NCBI GenBank assembly: GCA_005804885.1
Contig: SYOX01000269.1
Coordinates: forward strand, 9,037 to 73,036
Source: Pseudomonadota bacterium
Lineage (GTDB): Bacteria; Myxococcota_A; Bradymonadia; Bradymonadales; GCA-2716585
Direction of reading: 5' to 3'
DNA: 64,000 nucleotides
A program made the translations under genes and the position numbers. The stretch's first letter is position 1. Each line of letters opens with the position of its first letter. The notes beneath the pieces were generated by a model. That model did not search any database. It saw only the letters and a list, made by a program, of their open reading frames with translations, and was not told the origin of the DNA. Shown piece by piece: positions 36,019-44,323 of the stretch.

Positions 36019-38781
36019 TCAGCGGCGGTCTTTCCAGTCGATGCGCTTGTCGTGGCCCTTGGGGGGTCTGGGGGTCTTGGTGGGGGTGGGCTTTACGTTG
36101 GCCTTTGGGTTTGTGGTGCCTTTCTTGTCGCGCTTTCTGGAGGTGGGCCTGGGGGCGGGTGGAGGAGGGTCCGGGCTGGCGTCGAAGTCGTCGTGGTGGT
36201 TGAAGCGGTCGTAGTGGTCGTAGTGGTCGTAGTGGTCGACGATGGCGATGGTGAGGCGGGGAGGGCAGGCTTCAAGGATGGCTGTGCCGATGGGGAGGCC
36301 GATGAAGACGAGGCGGGTGAGCCGATGGGCCATGGGGGTGCGGAGGAAGGTGAGGATGCCCTGGTCGGTGATGGGGTTGTGGGAGAGGTCGAGGCGGGTG
36401 AGGGCGGGGAGCCGGGTGGAGTGGCCGAAGGTCTGGAGGTTGGCGTCGGTGATGAGGTTGTCGGAGATGTCGAGGTGGGTCAGGAGGGTGGCGCCGTGAT
36501 TTGAGAGGTGAGCGAGGCCGGCGTCGGTGACGCAGCTTCGGGCGATCCGCAGGCGGGTGATGGTGTTGAGGGCGGGCGAGGTCAAGATCGCGGCGAGACC
36601 GTCGTCGCCGGTGTTGTTGTGGCTGAGGTTGAGACGGTCGAGGTTGTGGAGGTGGGCGGATCGGGCCAGCGCCTCTGCGGCAGCGGCGGTGAGCGCGTTG
36701 TGGGAGAGGTCGAGCTCGGTGAGAGTAGCGGCGGCGGGGTTCAGGGCCAGGGCGGCGGCGGCGTCGTCGGTGAGCCGTCGGCCGCTGAAGAAGGTGCAGC
36801 GGGGGCACAGGGGGCCGGGCGCGGCGGCGAGGGCGGCGAGGGCGTCTGGGGTCAGGGCGTCGAGGTCGAGCCGGAGGTTGATCCGATCGGGGCTGTGGGC
36901 GTCGGCGACGAAGCGGGGTGAGGCGAGCAGGGTCACGAGGCCGTCGAGGCCGATGGGGTTGCCCTTGAGCGAGAGGGTGTTGAGGGGCAGCAGGTCCGCC
37001 GTGAGCAGGGCCGCGGCCTCCGCAGGGCCGAGGTCGCAGCCGGACAGGTCGAGGTGGCTGAGGTGAGAGAGGTTCGGGGAGGTGGTCAGGGCCAGGAGGC
37101 CGTCGAGGCCGATGGGGTTGTGGGAGAGGTCGAGGGCGTGGAGATCCTGGGCGAGGTGACCCTTGGAGATCGCGGCGGCGCCGTCTGCGCCGATGTCGCA
37201 GCTGGACAGATGGAGGTAGGTGAGGGGCCAGGGGGCGCGGCTGGCCAGGGCCGCGGCGCCCTGGTCGCCGATGGGGTTGTGGGAGAGGTCGAGGGAGCGC
37301 AGCCCGGTGATGGTGGCCGAGCCCGTCAGGGTGGCGGCGCCCTGGGGTCCGATGTGGTTGTGGGCCAGGGTCAGGTGGATGACCGAGGCCATGCCGGGGG
37401 AGCGGGCCAGGAGGCCGAGGGCGGTGTCGTCGATGTTCTTGTCGCGGAGGTCGGCGTGGGGTGAGCGAGGGTCGAAGGCGAGCCAGGCGAGCGCCGCCGG
37501 GTTGAGGATGCAGGAGCCGGCGATGTCGCGCCAGCCTTCGGGGGTCAGGGTGTGGCCGTCGACGATGAGGGCTTCGAGGCTGGCGGGGGCGGCCAGCGCC
37601 AGGGCTCGGGCGCCGGACTCGGTCAGGGTGTTGCCGCGCAGGTCGAGGCGCTTGAGGCGCTTGAGGCGGTCGTTCTGGACCAGGGTCATGGCGCCGCGAT
37701 CGGTCAGCCGGACGTCGCGCAGATCAAGAATCTCGAGGTCCTGGGCGCTGATGGCGTGCGCCAGGGCGGCGGCGCCGGCGTCCTGAAGGCTGTTGTAGCT
37801 CAGGTCGAGGTGGCGCACGCCGTCGAGCAGCTCGGAGCGGGCCAGGAGCTCGGCGCCCTTGGCGGTGAGCTGGTTGTGGGAGAGGTCGAGGTGGTCGAGG
37901 TGGTCGAGGCGGACGCGGGCCAGGGCGGCGACGCCCTCGTCGCCAAAGCGGTTGCCGCACAGGATCAAGGCGCGGGTGCTGGCGCCTTCGAGGGACTCGG
38001 CCAGCGCGCGGGCGAAGGGCGGCTTGAAGGATCGGTTCCTGAAGAGGTCGAGGCGCTCGGCGCTCTGGACGAGGCGAGTGCGGGTCAAGAGGATCCAGCC
38101 GGCCTGGGTGAGGTTGTTGTGGCTCAGGTCGACGCGGGGGATGTGGGCGAGGCGCTCGGACTGGAGCAGGAGTCGGACGCCCTCGTCCTGGAGGTTGTTG
38201 TGGCTCAGGTCGAGGTGCTGGAGTTTGGGGAGGCGGTTGGTGGCGGCGAGCACACGGGCCTCGGCGACGCTCATGCGGTTGTGGGAGAGGTCGAGGGTGT
38301 GGAGGCGGGGGCAGGCGGGGCTGTCCAGGAGCATCAGGAGGCCGTGGGCGTCGAGGGGCTGGTGGGTCAGCCGGAGGGTGTGGAGGTTGTCGAGGTGGGT
38401 GGCGTCGTGCAGGGCTCTGGCGCCCTGCTGGTGGAGCTGGTGCTGGCCCTTGACGGTGAGCCAGCGCAGGGAGGCGACGGGCGGCCTCTGGAGGTCGGTG
38501 TGTTCGAGGCCGGGGCCTGTCTCGACGCCCGCGATCAGCGGCCAGGCCGGGACGGGCTTGCTGCGGCAGGTGTCGAGCCACCAGGGCTCTGGGGCGACGC
38601 GCAGGGCCTCGGGCCAGGCGCGGGCGTGCTCCAGGGCGTAGCTCAGGACAAGGTCGAAGGTGTCGAGATCGTCGATCTGGCTCAAGCGGTCGAAGGTGGC
38701 GCAGATCTTCAGCCAGGTCTTGACCGAGGGGGCCTCGTAGAAGAGATCGCGCAGTTCGGCGAGGGTGTTTTTGAGGTCCAT
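36019..38781 (-). CDS. Leucine-rich-repeat (RNI-like, about 28-aa units) protein with an unassigned N-terminal domain and a His/Asp/Tyr-repeat basic tail
   Basis: Starts at MDLKNTLAELRDLF (ATG at 38781). More than 20 repeats of the type L..LDLS.N.L.D.GA..LA. Tail VDHYDHYDHYDRFNHHDDFD, then a Pro/Lys-rich end. The upstream 230 codons of ORF 36019..39471 overlap the methyltransferase gene in another frame and are rejected. Confidence 0.8.
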   Translation of the reverse strand: MDLKNTLAELRDLFYEAPSVKTWLKICATFDRLSQIDDLDTFDLVLSYALEHARAWPEALRVAPEPWWLDTCRSKPVPAWPLIAGVETGPGLEHTDLQRPPVASLRWLTVKGQHQLHQQGARALHDATHLDNLHTLRLTHQPLDAHGLLMLLDSPACPRLHTLDLSHNRMSVAEARVLAATNRLPKLQHLDLSHNNLQDEGVRLLLQSERLAHIPRVDLSHNNLTQAGWILLTRTRLVQSAERLDLFRNRSFKPPFARALAESLEGASTRALILCGNRFGDEGVAALARVRLDHLDHLDLSHNQLTAKGAELLARSELLDGVRHLDLSYNSLQDAGAAALAHAISAQDLEILDLRDVRLTDRGAMTLVQNDRLKRLKRLDLRGNTLTESGARALALAAPASLEALIVDGHTLTPEGWRDIAGSCILNPAALAWLAFDPRSPHADLRDKNIDDTALGLLARSPGMASVIHLTLAHNHIGPQGAATLTGSATITGLRSLDLSHNPIGDQGAAALASRAPWPLTYLHLSSCDIGADGAAAISKGHLAQDLHALDLSHNPIGLDGLLALTTSPNLSHLSHLDLSGCDLGPAEAAALLTADLLPLNTLSLKGNPIGLDGLVTLLASPRFVADAHSPDRINLRLDLDALTPDALAALAAAPGPLCPRCTFFSGRRLTDDAAAALALNPAAATLTELDLSHNALTAAAAEALARSAHLHNLDRLNLSHNNTGDDGLAAILTSPALNTITRLRIARSCVTDAGLAHLSNHGATLLTHLDISDNLITDANLQTFGHSTRLPALTRLDLSHNPITDQGILTFLRTPMAHRLTRLVFIGLPIGTAILEACPPRLTIAIVDHYDHYDHYDRFNHHDDFDASPDPPPPAPRPTSRKRDKKGTTNPKANVKPTPTKTPRPPKGHDKRIDWKDRR

Positions 38782-38792
38782 GGCGTGGCCTG

Positions 38793-39650
38793 TCAGGGGC
38801 GAGAGGCGGCGAGCCCGAACATGACCGGCAGGGTGGGGATGCGCTCGGGGGGCCAGCAGCGGTTGTCGGCGTCGCGGCGCATGTCGTCGAAGATCGCGGT
38901 GCCGTTGGAGTAGGGGTACTCGACGAGGGCCTCCAGGGTCAGGCCGGCGCCGAGGATGGCGCCGACGATGTCGCCCAGCCCCCAGGCGAAGCCGTGGGCT
39001 CTGTGGGGGTTCTGGAAGCCCTCGACGCCGGCCTCGTAACCCCAGGGGACGAGGCCCTGCCCGGAGCGGGCGACGTAATCGCCGACGCCCTCCTCCTCGG
39101 TCAGCGGCTCGCCGCCCGTGGTGTAGGGCCAGGTCAGCGCCCATTGCTCGTTGAAGAGCCACAGGGTCGGGTGGAACTCGACGATGACGAGCTTGCCGCC
39201 GTAGGGCGACAGGACGCGGGCGACCCTGTCGGCCCAGCCCTTGATGTCCGAGAGCCAATAGATGGCGCCGTAGGAGCAGAAGGCCAGGTCGAAGGGGCCG
39301 TGGGGGGGGTTGTCGAGCCAGTCGTAGACGTCGCTGCGGAAGAACTGCCCGGGCAGGCCGCTGTCGCGCGACAGGGCGCGGGCGGCGTCGATGGCCTCGT
39401 CGCTGATGTCGACGCCGGTGACGCTGGCGCCGAGGCTGGCCAGCGAGAGCGTGTCCTGGCCGCTGTTGCACATCATGTGGAGCAGCGTGCGGCCCTTGAG
39501 GTCGCCCAGCAGGCCGAGCTCCTCGGGGAAGAGCGTCGAGCCGCCGCCGCGCAGGAAGGCGGCCTGATCGCCCTTGTGGCTGTTGTGGGCGCGGGTGGCG
39601 GCGTTCCAGGACAGGCGGTTGTCCTCGTGGAGCTTCTTCTTGATCGTCAT
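38793..39650 (-). CDS. Class I SAM-dependent methyltransferase
   Basis: LLHMMCNSGQDTLSLASLGASVTGVDISDEAIDAAR (motif I / post-I). Lies 11 nt upstream of the LRR gene on the same strand. Confidence 0.8.
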   Translation of the reverse strand: MTIKKKLHEDNRLSWNAATRAHNSHKGDQAAFLRGGGSTLFPEELGLLGDLKGRTLLHMMCNSGQDTLSLASLGASVTGVDISDEAIDAARALSRDSGLPGQFFRSDVYDWLDNPPHGPFDLAFCSYGAIYWLSDIKGWADRVARVLSPYGGKLVIVEFHPTLWLFNEQWALTWPYTTGGEPLTEEEGVGDYVARSGQGLVPWGYEAGVEGFQNPHRAHGFAWGLGDIVGAILGAGLTLEALVEYPYSNGTAIFDDMRRDADNRCWPPERIPTLPVMFGLAASRP

Positions 39651-39684
39651 GGCGCGGTGTCCTCGCGGGCCGCCTGTGGGGTGC

Positions 39685-42645
39685 TCAGGGCGTCAAGAGG
39701 GTGTGCTGCTCGACGGCCCCGGCGACCTCGGACGGTTGGAAGTGATTGATCTTCCTCTTGTTTTCAAGCCACAGGGCGAGCTGGTCGCGGAAGTGGGGGC
39801 TGCGCTTGTCCCAGAACTGGCCGCCGGGCATGGCGTTGAAGGAGCGGGCGCCCTCGGGGGTCATCTCGATGATGAGGCGCAGGATGGCGCCGCTGCCGCA
39901 GTTGTAGCGGAAGTCGGTCACGCCGGCATTGCAGACGTTGACGTTGTAGTTGTCGCCGGGGGTCGGGAAGCCCTCGCCGAAGCCCTCGTCGGCCTGCGGC
40001 CAGGTGAAGGCGTGGGGGACGCCGGGGAGCAGCGAGGGGATGATGCTCTTGAAGGTGCGCTGGTGGAGTCGCCCCCAGAGCCACTGGTCGGGGTCGTCGC
40101 TTTCGAAGGTGGCCTCAAGCTCGACCAGGGCGTCGAAGAGGCCGTGGAGGATGATGGCGTCGCGTCCCTCGGCGATCTCGGGGGTGCGCAGGTCATCCCA
40201 GAGGACGCTCTGGCCGGTGCGACGGTCGAGGGTGGCGGCCTGATCGGGGTGCTCGAGGATGAAGAGCAGGCCCTTGGAGATCTGCTGACTGGTGGGCTGG
40301 AAGCGGCCCTCGGCGGCGCCGAGCTCGTCGTCGAAGGCGCGCTTGATCACGCCCGTCTGCCAGAAGTTGAACAGGCTGGTGGCCGAGGCGCCGCGCCGCT
40401 GGTCCTCGCCAGGGTTGCCGAAGAGGCCGTCGGTGGCGACGAAGTCCCAGCCCTCCAGCATCGCGATGAGGCGCTCCAGGCGCGCGGGCTCGCCCGGGCC
40501 GGCGCGCTCGGCCAGGGTGTCGGCCAGGTCGGGGTGCGCGCCGGGGGTCGCCAGCTCCTCGACCGCGCGGCGCGCGGCGGCCAGCAGGAAGGGCGTCAGG
40601 CGCGCGTCGTTGTCGCTCAAGGTGTCGCCCTGATAGGTGGCCATGTCTTCGAGGGTGATCTTGCGGTCGCCCGGGCGGTTGCCGTCGGCGTTGGTGAGCA
40701 GGCGCTCGATGCGGCCGGCCCTGAAGCCCAGATCGTAGTCGTAGCCCAGGTAGGGGTGGGGGTCGTTGAAGGGGTCGTTGTCGTCGGTCATGCCGGTCTG
40801 GTCGTTGTTGGCCGTCACGATGAAGCCCGCCTCGGGGTTGAGCGCGTGGGGGACCTGATCGAAGTCGAGCTGGCCGAGCCAGTCGTGCTCGCCGGTGCCG
40901 GACAGGATGAAGAAGGGGGCCTGCCCCTGCGGGTTGTCGGTCGGATGCCACGTCATCGCCTCGGGCGGCCGCCGGGGGACGTAGCTCTTGCCGGTGGTGA
41001 AGATGTTGCCGGAGGTGTCGATGAAGAGCAGGTTCTGCGAGCCGATCACCCAGTTGTCCAGAGCGGCCTCGGCCTCCTGGACGTCGGTGGCCGTCATCAT
41101 GCCGAAGATCGCCGAGAGCTCGTCGCTGGCCTCGAAGCCCCTCCAGGCGTAGCTGATCGCCTCGTCGCCCTCGGGCTTGATCACGCGCCCGCCGCGCACC
41201 TCCAGGGCCAGCGGGCCGCGACGGTGGGGGACGATGGCGTACTCGAAGGTGACGGTCTCGACGCGGCCGTCGAGGCCGCCGCCGATCTCGACCTCGTCGG
41301 TCACGATCTCAAGCTCGACCTCCCGGCCCTGGTGGAGCACGCGCGGCCACTGCTCGCCCTCCTTCCAGACGAGCTGCTCGCGGAAGGCGTCGGTGTAGTC
41401 GTAGCTGGCCGTCGTCAGCGCCCAGCCGACGTTCTTGTTGTGCCCGATCAGGATGCCCGGCAGGCCCGGGAACTGCGCCCCGAAGACGTCGATGGCCGGA
41501 CCGTCGACGTCTGCCTCGCGGGGCTCGACCACGAGGTGGACCTCGTGGAAGAGCGCCGGGCTGTCCAGCGACAGGTGCGGGTCGTTGGCCAGCATCGGGT
41601 TGCCGCTCTCGGTCATCGCCCCCGACACCGCCCAGCTGTTGCTCATGCCCTTGTCCGGCCAGACCTGCCGGTAGAGCGCGCTGCGCTTGTGCCGCACGAA
41701 GCGCTCGGCGATCTCCATCGATCGCGCCGAGGTCGCCGCCATGCTCGCCTCAGCCCGCCGCCCGACGCCCTCGCCCGACTTGCGCCGCTCCACGGGCGCC
41801 TCGAAGCCCGGGATCTGGTAGGCCGGGTCGGCAGGCGCAAAGCGGTGTAGATCCTGAAAAATCCCGGCGCGGGCCGCCAGCGCGGGATCCTCGGCCTCCG
41901 CCGAGAAGGTCGCCTCGGCCGCCTGCTTGCTGCGCGTGATCCCGATCTCCCGGTCGGCATCAAAGGACAACGAGAACTGCTGGAAGCGCACGATCGACAG
42001 GCTGTCCACCGGCGACCAGTCCTCGATGCTCCCCGCCTTGACCAGCAGGGTCACCTCGTTCGGGATCCGCACCTCGCCGGCCCTCAGCCGCGCGATGAAC
42101 AAGTTGACCCCGGCGGTGTAGGCGTCCACGGCCCGCCTCGACGGGCTGCCCTCCGGCAAGCTGTCGTAGATCTCCTGGCCGACGCGGGCGAATCCAAAAA
42201 TCCGCTGCTCGATGTCGTCGTCCACCAGCCCGTCGTCCAGCGCCCCGGCCACCCGCGCCAGCTTCCCCGTCGTCACCCCCCGGATCAGCTGCATCTGCGC
42301 CAGCCTCGCCTCGGCGTGCAAGTAGCCCTGGACGTAGACCGCGTCCTCCATCGATTCGGCCAGGACGTGCGGGACGCCGAAGTCGTCGAAGGTGACGTGA
42401 ACGGGGTACTTGAGCGCCTCGAAGGTGTCGGTGTCGTCGACCTCCGTGGCCTTGGCGTCCGCGAAGGCGCCCGTGAACTCGGGCTCAGGCTCCGCCTCGG
42501 GCTCGGGCTCCTGCTCAGGGGCGGCTTCGGGCTGGGCCTCAGGCTCCGGGTTGGCCTCGGCGGGGGTCGGCTTGTCCTCGTCGCCGCAGGCGCCCAGCGT
42601 GCCCGCCAGCCCCAGCGCCACCATCACCTTGATCAGTTGCTTCAT
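39685..42645 (-). CDS. Penicillin acylase / peptidase S45 (Ntn-hydrolase) family lipoprotein
   Basis: Lipobox LAGTLGAC. The autoprocessing/nucleophile context GMSNSWAVSG...PMLANDPHL is typical of penicillin and AHL acylases. The ATG at 42645 lies inside the longer ORF. Confidence 0.9.
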   Translation of the reverse strand: MKQLIKVMVALGLAGTLGACGDEDKPTPAEANPEPEAQPEAAPEQEPEPEAEPEPEFTGAFADAKATEVDDTDTFEALKYPVHVTFDDFGVPHVLAESMEDAVYVQGYLHAEARLAQMQLIRGVTTGKLARVAGALDDGLVDDDIEQRIFGFARVGQEIYDSLPEGSPSRRAVDAYTAGVNLFIARLRAGEVRIPNEVTLLVKAGSIEDWSPVDSLSIVRFQQFSLSFDADREIGITRSKQAAEATFSAEAEDPALAARAGIFQDLHRFAPADPAYQIPGFEAPVERRKSGEGVGRRAEASMAATSARSMEIAERFVRHKRSALYRQVWPDKGMSNSWAVSGAMTESGNPMLANDPHLSLDSPALFHEVHLVVEPREADVDGPAIDVFGAQFPGLPGILIGHNKNVGWALTTASYDYTDAFREQLVWKEGEQWPRVLHQGREVELEIVTDEVEIGGGLDGRVETVTFEYAIVPHRRGPLALEVRGGRVIKPEGDEAISYAWRGFEASDELSAIFGMMTATDVQEAEAALDNWVIGSQNLLFIDTSGNIFTTGKSYVPRRPPEAMTWHPTDNPQGQAPFFILSGTGEHDWLGQLDFDQVPHALNPEAGFIVTANNDQTGMTDDNDPFNDPHPYLGYDYDLGFRAGRIERLLTNADGNRPGDRKITLEDMATYQGDTLSDNDARLTPFLLAAARRAVEELATPGAHPDLADTLAERAGPGEPARLERLIAMLEGWDFVATDGLFGNPGEDQRRGASATSLFNFWQTGVIKRAFDDELGAAEGRFQPTSQQISKGLLFILEHPDQAATLDRRTGQSVLWDDLRTPEIAEGRDAIILHGLFDALVELEATFESDDPDQWLWGRLHQRTFKSIIPSLLPGVPHAFTWPQADEGFGEGFPTPGDNYNVNVCNAGVTDFRYNCGSGAILRLIIEMTPEGARSFNAMPGGQFWDKRSPHFRDQLALWLENKRKINHFQPSEVAGAVEQHTLLTP

Positions 42646-42742
42646 GGTTGTCTCCTCGTCGCTCATCCCTGGTCTCAAGCCCGGCCATCGTAAGGGATGG
42701 CGACCCCAGGGCCAAGGGGCGCGATCACGAGGGGGTCCATTG

Positions 42743-43118
42743 CACAGGTTTGCTCAGTGAAGCCTGAAGTCCTGCCGCGCTCGCCGATCGCCCCACGCTC
42801 CTCGCACCGCCCCCGTTGGGGACGGGCTCGTCGGGTGGGGCTTGGATGCCCGGGGGGGCTGCGCCCCTTGGGCGCAGGCCGGCGCGCGGGCCAGGGCGGA
42901 TCGCAGGGGCGGATCAGCGCGTCGAAGTGGGCCTGTGGATTGTGGTTTTCACGCCCCCTGGTGTCGACTTGGATCGTGCGCTGGCCTGCGACCGACAGGG
43001 CGCAGCCCCCCGGGCTTCTAGCCCCACCCGACGAGCCCGTCCCCGGAGGGGGCGGTGCGAGGAGCGTGGGGCGATCGTCGAGCGCGGCAGGACTTCAGGC
43101 TTCACTGAGCAAACCTGT
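42743..43118. repeat. Palindromic repeat element, copy 2 (MITE-like: about 120-bp imperfect terminal inverted repeats, no ORF)
   Basis: The 5' end CACAGGTTTGCTCAGTGAAGCCTGAAGTCCTGCCGCGCTCG...CCCCACGCTCCTCGCACCGCCCC is mirrored by ...GGGGCGGTGCGAGGAGCGTGGGG...CGAGCGCGGCAGGACTTCAGGCTTCACTGAGCAAACCTGT at the 3' end. The core 42791-43071 is the reverse complement of 11093-11375 at roughly 85% identity by eye. Confidence 0.8.
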
Positions 43119-43196
43119 CTTGCCCTTCAACCGTCGGTCGCCGCAAGGACCGTGTGCCCACCCGTCGAAGCCTGTGATCAACGGCGGGTCCAGAGC

Positions 43197-43392
43197 CCCT
43201 CGGGAGGGCGTTCCCTGACGAGGTTTGCACGATCAGGCCCCTCAAGGGGCAGGATTGTGTCGAAAACTTCAACAGGCTGGACCTTGATAGGTAGAGGTTT
43301 TCTACAGTTCAGGGTGAGGGTGACCTCTGGAGGGCGATTCCTGGCGAAGTTTGCGCGAGCGGGCCCCCTCGAGAGGCAAGGTTGTGTCGACG
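43197..43392. repeat. Two diverged ~65-70-bp direct repeats about 125 bp apart
   Basis: CCTCGGGAGGGCGTTCCCTGACGAGGTTTGCACGATCAGGCCCCTCAAGGGGCAGGATTGTGTCGA (43197-) versus CCTCTGGAGGGCGATTCCTGGCGAAGTTTGCGCGAGCGGGCCCCCTCGAGAGGCAAGGTTGTGTCGA (43324-), about 80% identical. Confidence 0.6.
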
Positions 43393-43451
43393 GCCCGGTC
43401 AAATTGACGCTCAAGAAGGGCCGGAGAGCTCAAGCCTCGGCGGTGATGAGG

Positions 43452-43637
43452 CTCTGGAGGGTGTCGTCGGGTGAAGGGTGGTCAAGGGGCGACCTCTGGA
43501 GGGTGTGGTTGGGTGAAGGTTGGTCGAGGGTGTGCCTCTGGAGGGTGTCATTGGGTGAAGGTTGGTCGAGGGCGACCTCTGGAGGGTGTGGTTGGGTGAA
43601 GGTTGGTCGAGGGTGTGCCTCTGGAGGGTGGTGGAGG
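43452..43637. repeat. 4.5 head-to-tail copies of a 41-42-bp tandem repeat
   Basis: Units start at 43452, 43494, 43536, 43577 and 43619, with consensus CTCTGGAGGGTGTNNTYGGGTGAAGGKTGGTCGAGGGYGNNC. Unit lengths are 42/42/41/42, so no single frame is preserved. Confidence 0.85.
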
Positions 43638-43786
43638 CCGCCCCGATCGCCTGTCGACCCGCCCTCGGCGGGAGTCCCACCGTCGGGGCTGGTCGCGGCC
43701 CACCCCGGACCCCCCGGAACCGTTTCCAGTGAGTCCGTGAAGCCCTCGCTTTGCACAACCTGTCGAGCCTGCCCGGCGGGGGTCGG

Positions 43787-44323
43787 TCAGCGCAGGTGGA
43801 TTTGGTCGTCGAGATCGCGGGGGCTGGTGCGGAGGCGGGCGAGGGCGGGTTCGAGGGCGCCCATGAGGACGGCGGCGGCGGTGGCGAAGAGGATGATCTC
43901 GGCGCGCGGGGCGGCCATGGCGGCCCAGAGGGCGCCGGCGAGGATGACGAGGGGTCGCAGGAGGGTGAAGGGTCCGAGGATGAGGACGGTGACGAGGCTG
44001 CTGATCTCGGGTCGGGGGATGGCGTAGACGAAGAGGGCCAGGATGGCGATGGTGCCGTAGGCGCCGTAGACGGCGATCATGCGTCGTCCGGCGGCGAGGT
44101 AGTCGATCCAGAGGGCGTCGAGGTCGTCGGTGAGCCAGAGGCCGAGGCCGACGGTGGCGGCGATGAGGGCGACGGCCAGGGAGCCGACGAGGGCGCCCTT
44201 GAGCATGGCGAGCATGTAGTAGTGGGTCTTGTGGAGCAGGGGGTTGCGGCCGGCGGCGTCGCGGAAGCCGGCGAAGGCGGCGTCGAGGAGGGCGAGCGTG
44301 ACGAGGGTCAGCGCGGTGATCAT
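43787..44323 (-). CDS. Small integral membrane protein (about 5 TM), unknown function
   Basis: 178 aa, hydrophobic throughout. The start overlaps the stop of the upstream methyltransferase (ATGA). Confidence 0.55.
   Translation of the reverse strand: MITALTLVTLALLDAAFAGFRDAAGRNPLLHKTHYYMLAMLKGALVGSLAVALIAATVGLGLWLTDDLDALWIDYLAAGRRMIAVYGAYGTIAILALFVYAIPRPEISSLVTVLILGPFTLLRPLVILAGALWAAMAAPRAEIILFATAAAVLMGALEPALARLRTSPRDLDDQIHLR

Noticed and set aside
38782-39471. N-terminal 230 codons of the 1150-aa ORF 36019..39471
   Set aside because: This part overlaps the well-supported methyltransferase gene (38793..39650) in another frame and is Arg/Pro-rich junk. The LRR protein starts at the ATG at 38781 (MDLKNTL...).
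39574-41850. 758-aa plus-strand ORF
   Set aside because: It is antisense to the penicillin-acylase-family gene, which carries the SNSW nucleophile motif and a lipobox.
42743-43118. Autonomous IS element or transposase associated with the palindromic repeats
   Set aside because: No transposase- or integrase-like ORF occurs in or next to either copy, and I could not identify target-site duplications. The elements are therefore reported only as non-autonomous repeats.
43452-43637. Possible CRISPR array
   Set aside because: The units are directly head-to-tail with no unique spacers between them, and no cas genes are nearby. It is a plain tandem repeat. The same applies to the 17-18-nt units at 11375-11480.
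42816-44027. 403-aa plus-strand ORF spanning the repeat-dense gap
   Set aside because: It runs through the palindromic element, the 65-70-bp repeats, the 41/42-bp tandem array and then antisense into the membrane-protein gene. It is low-complexity with no motifs.
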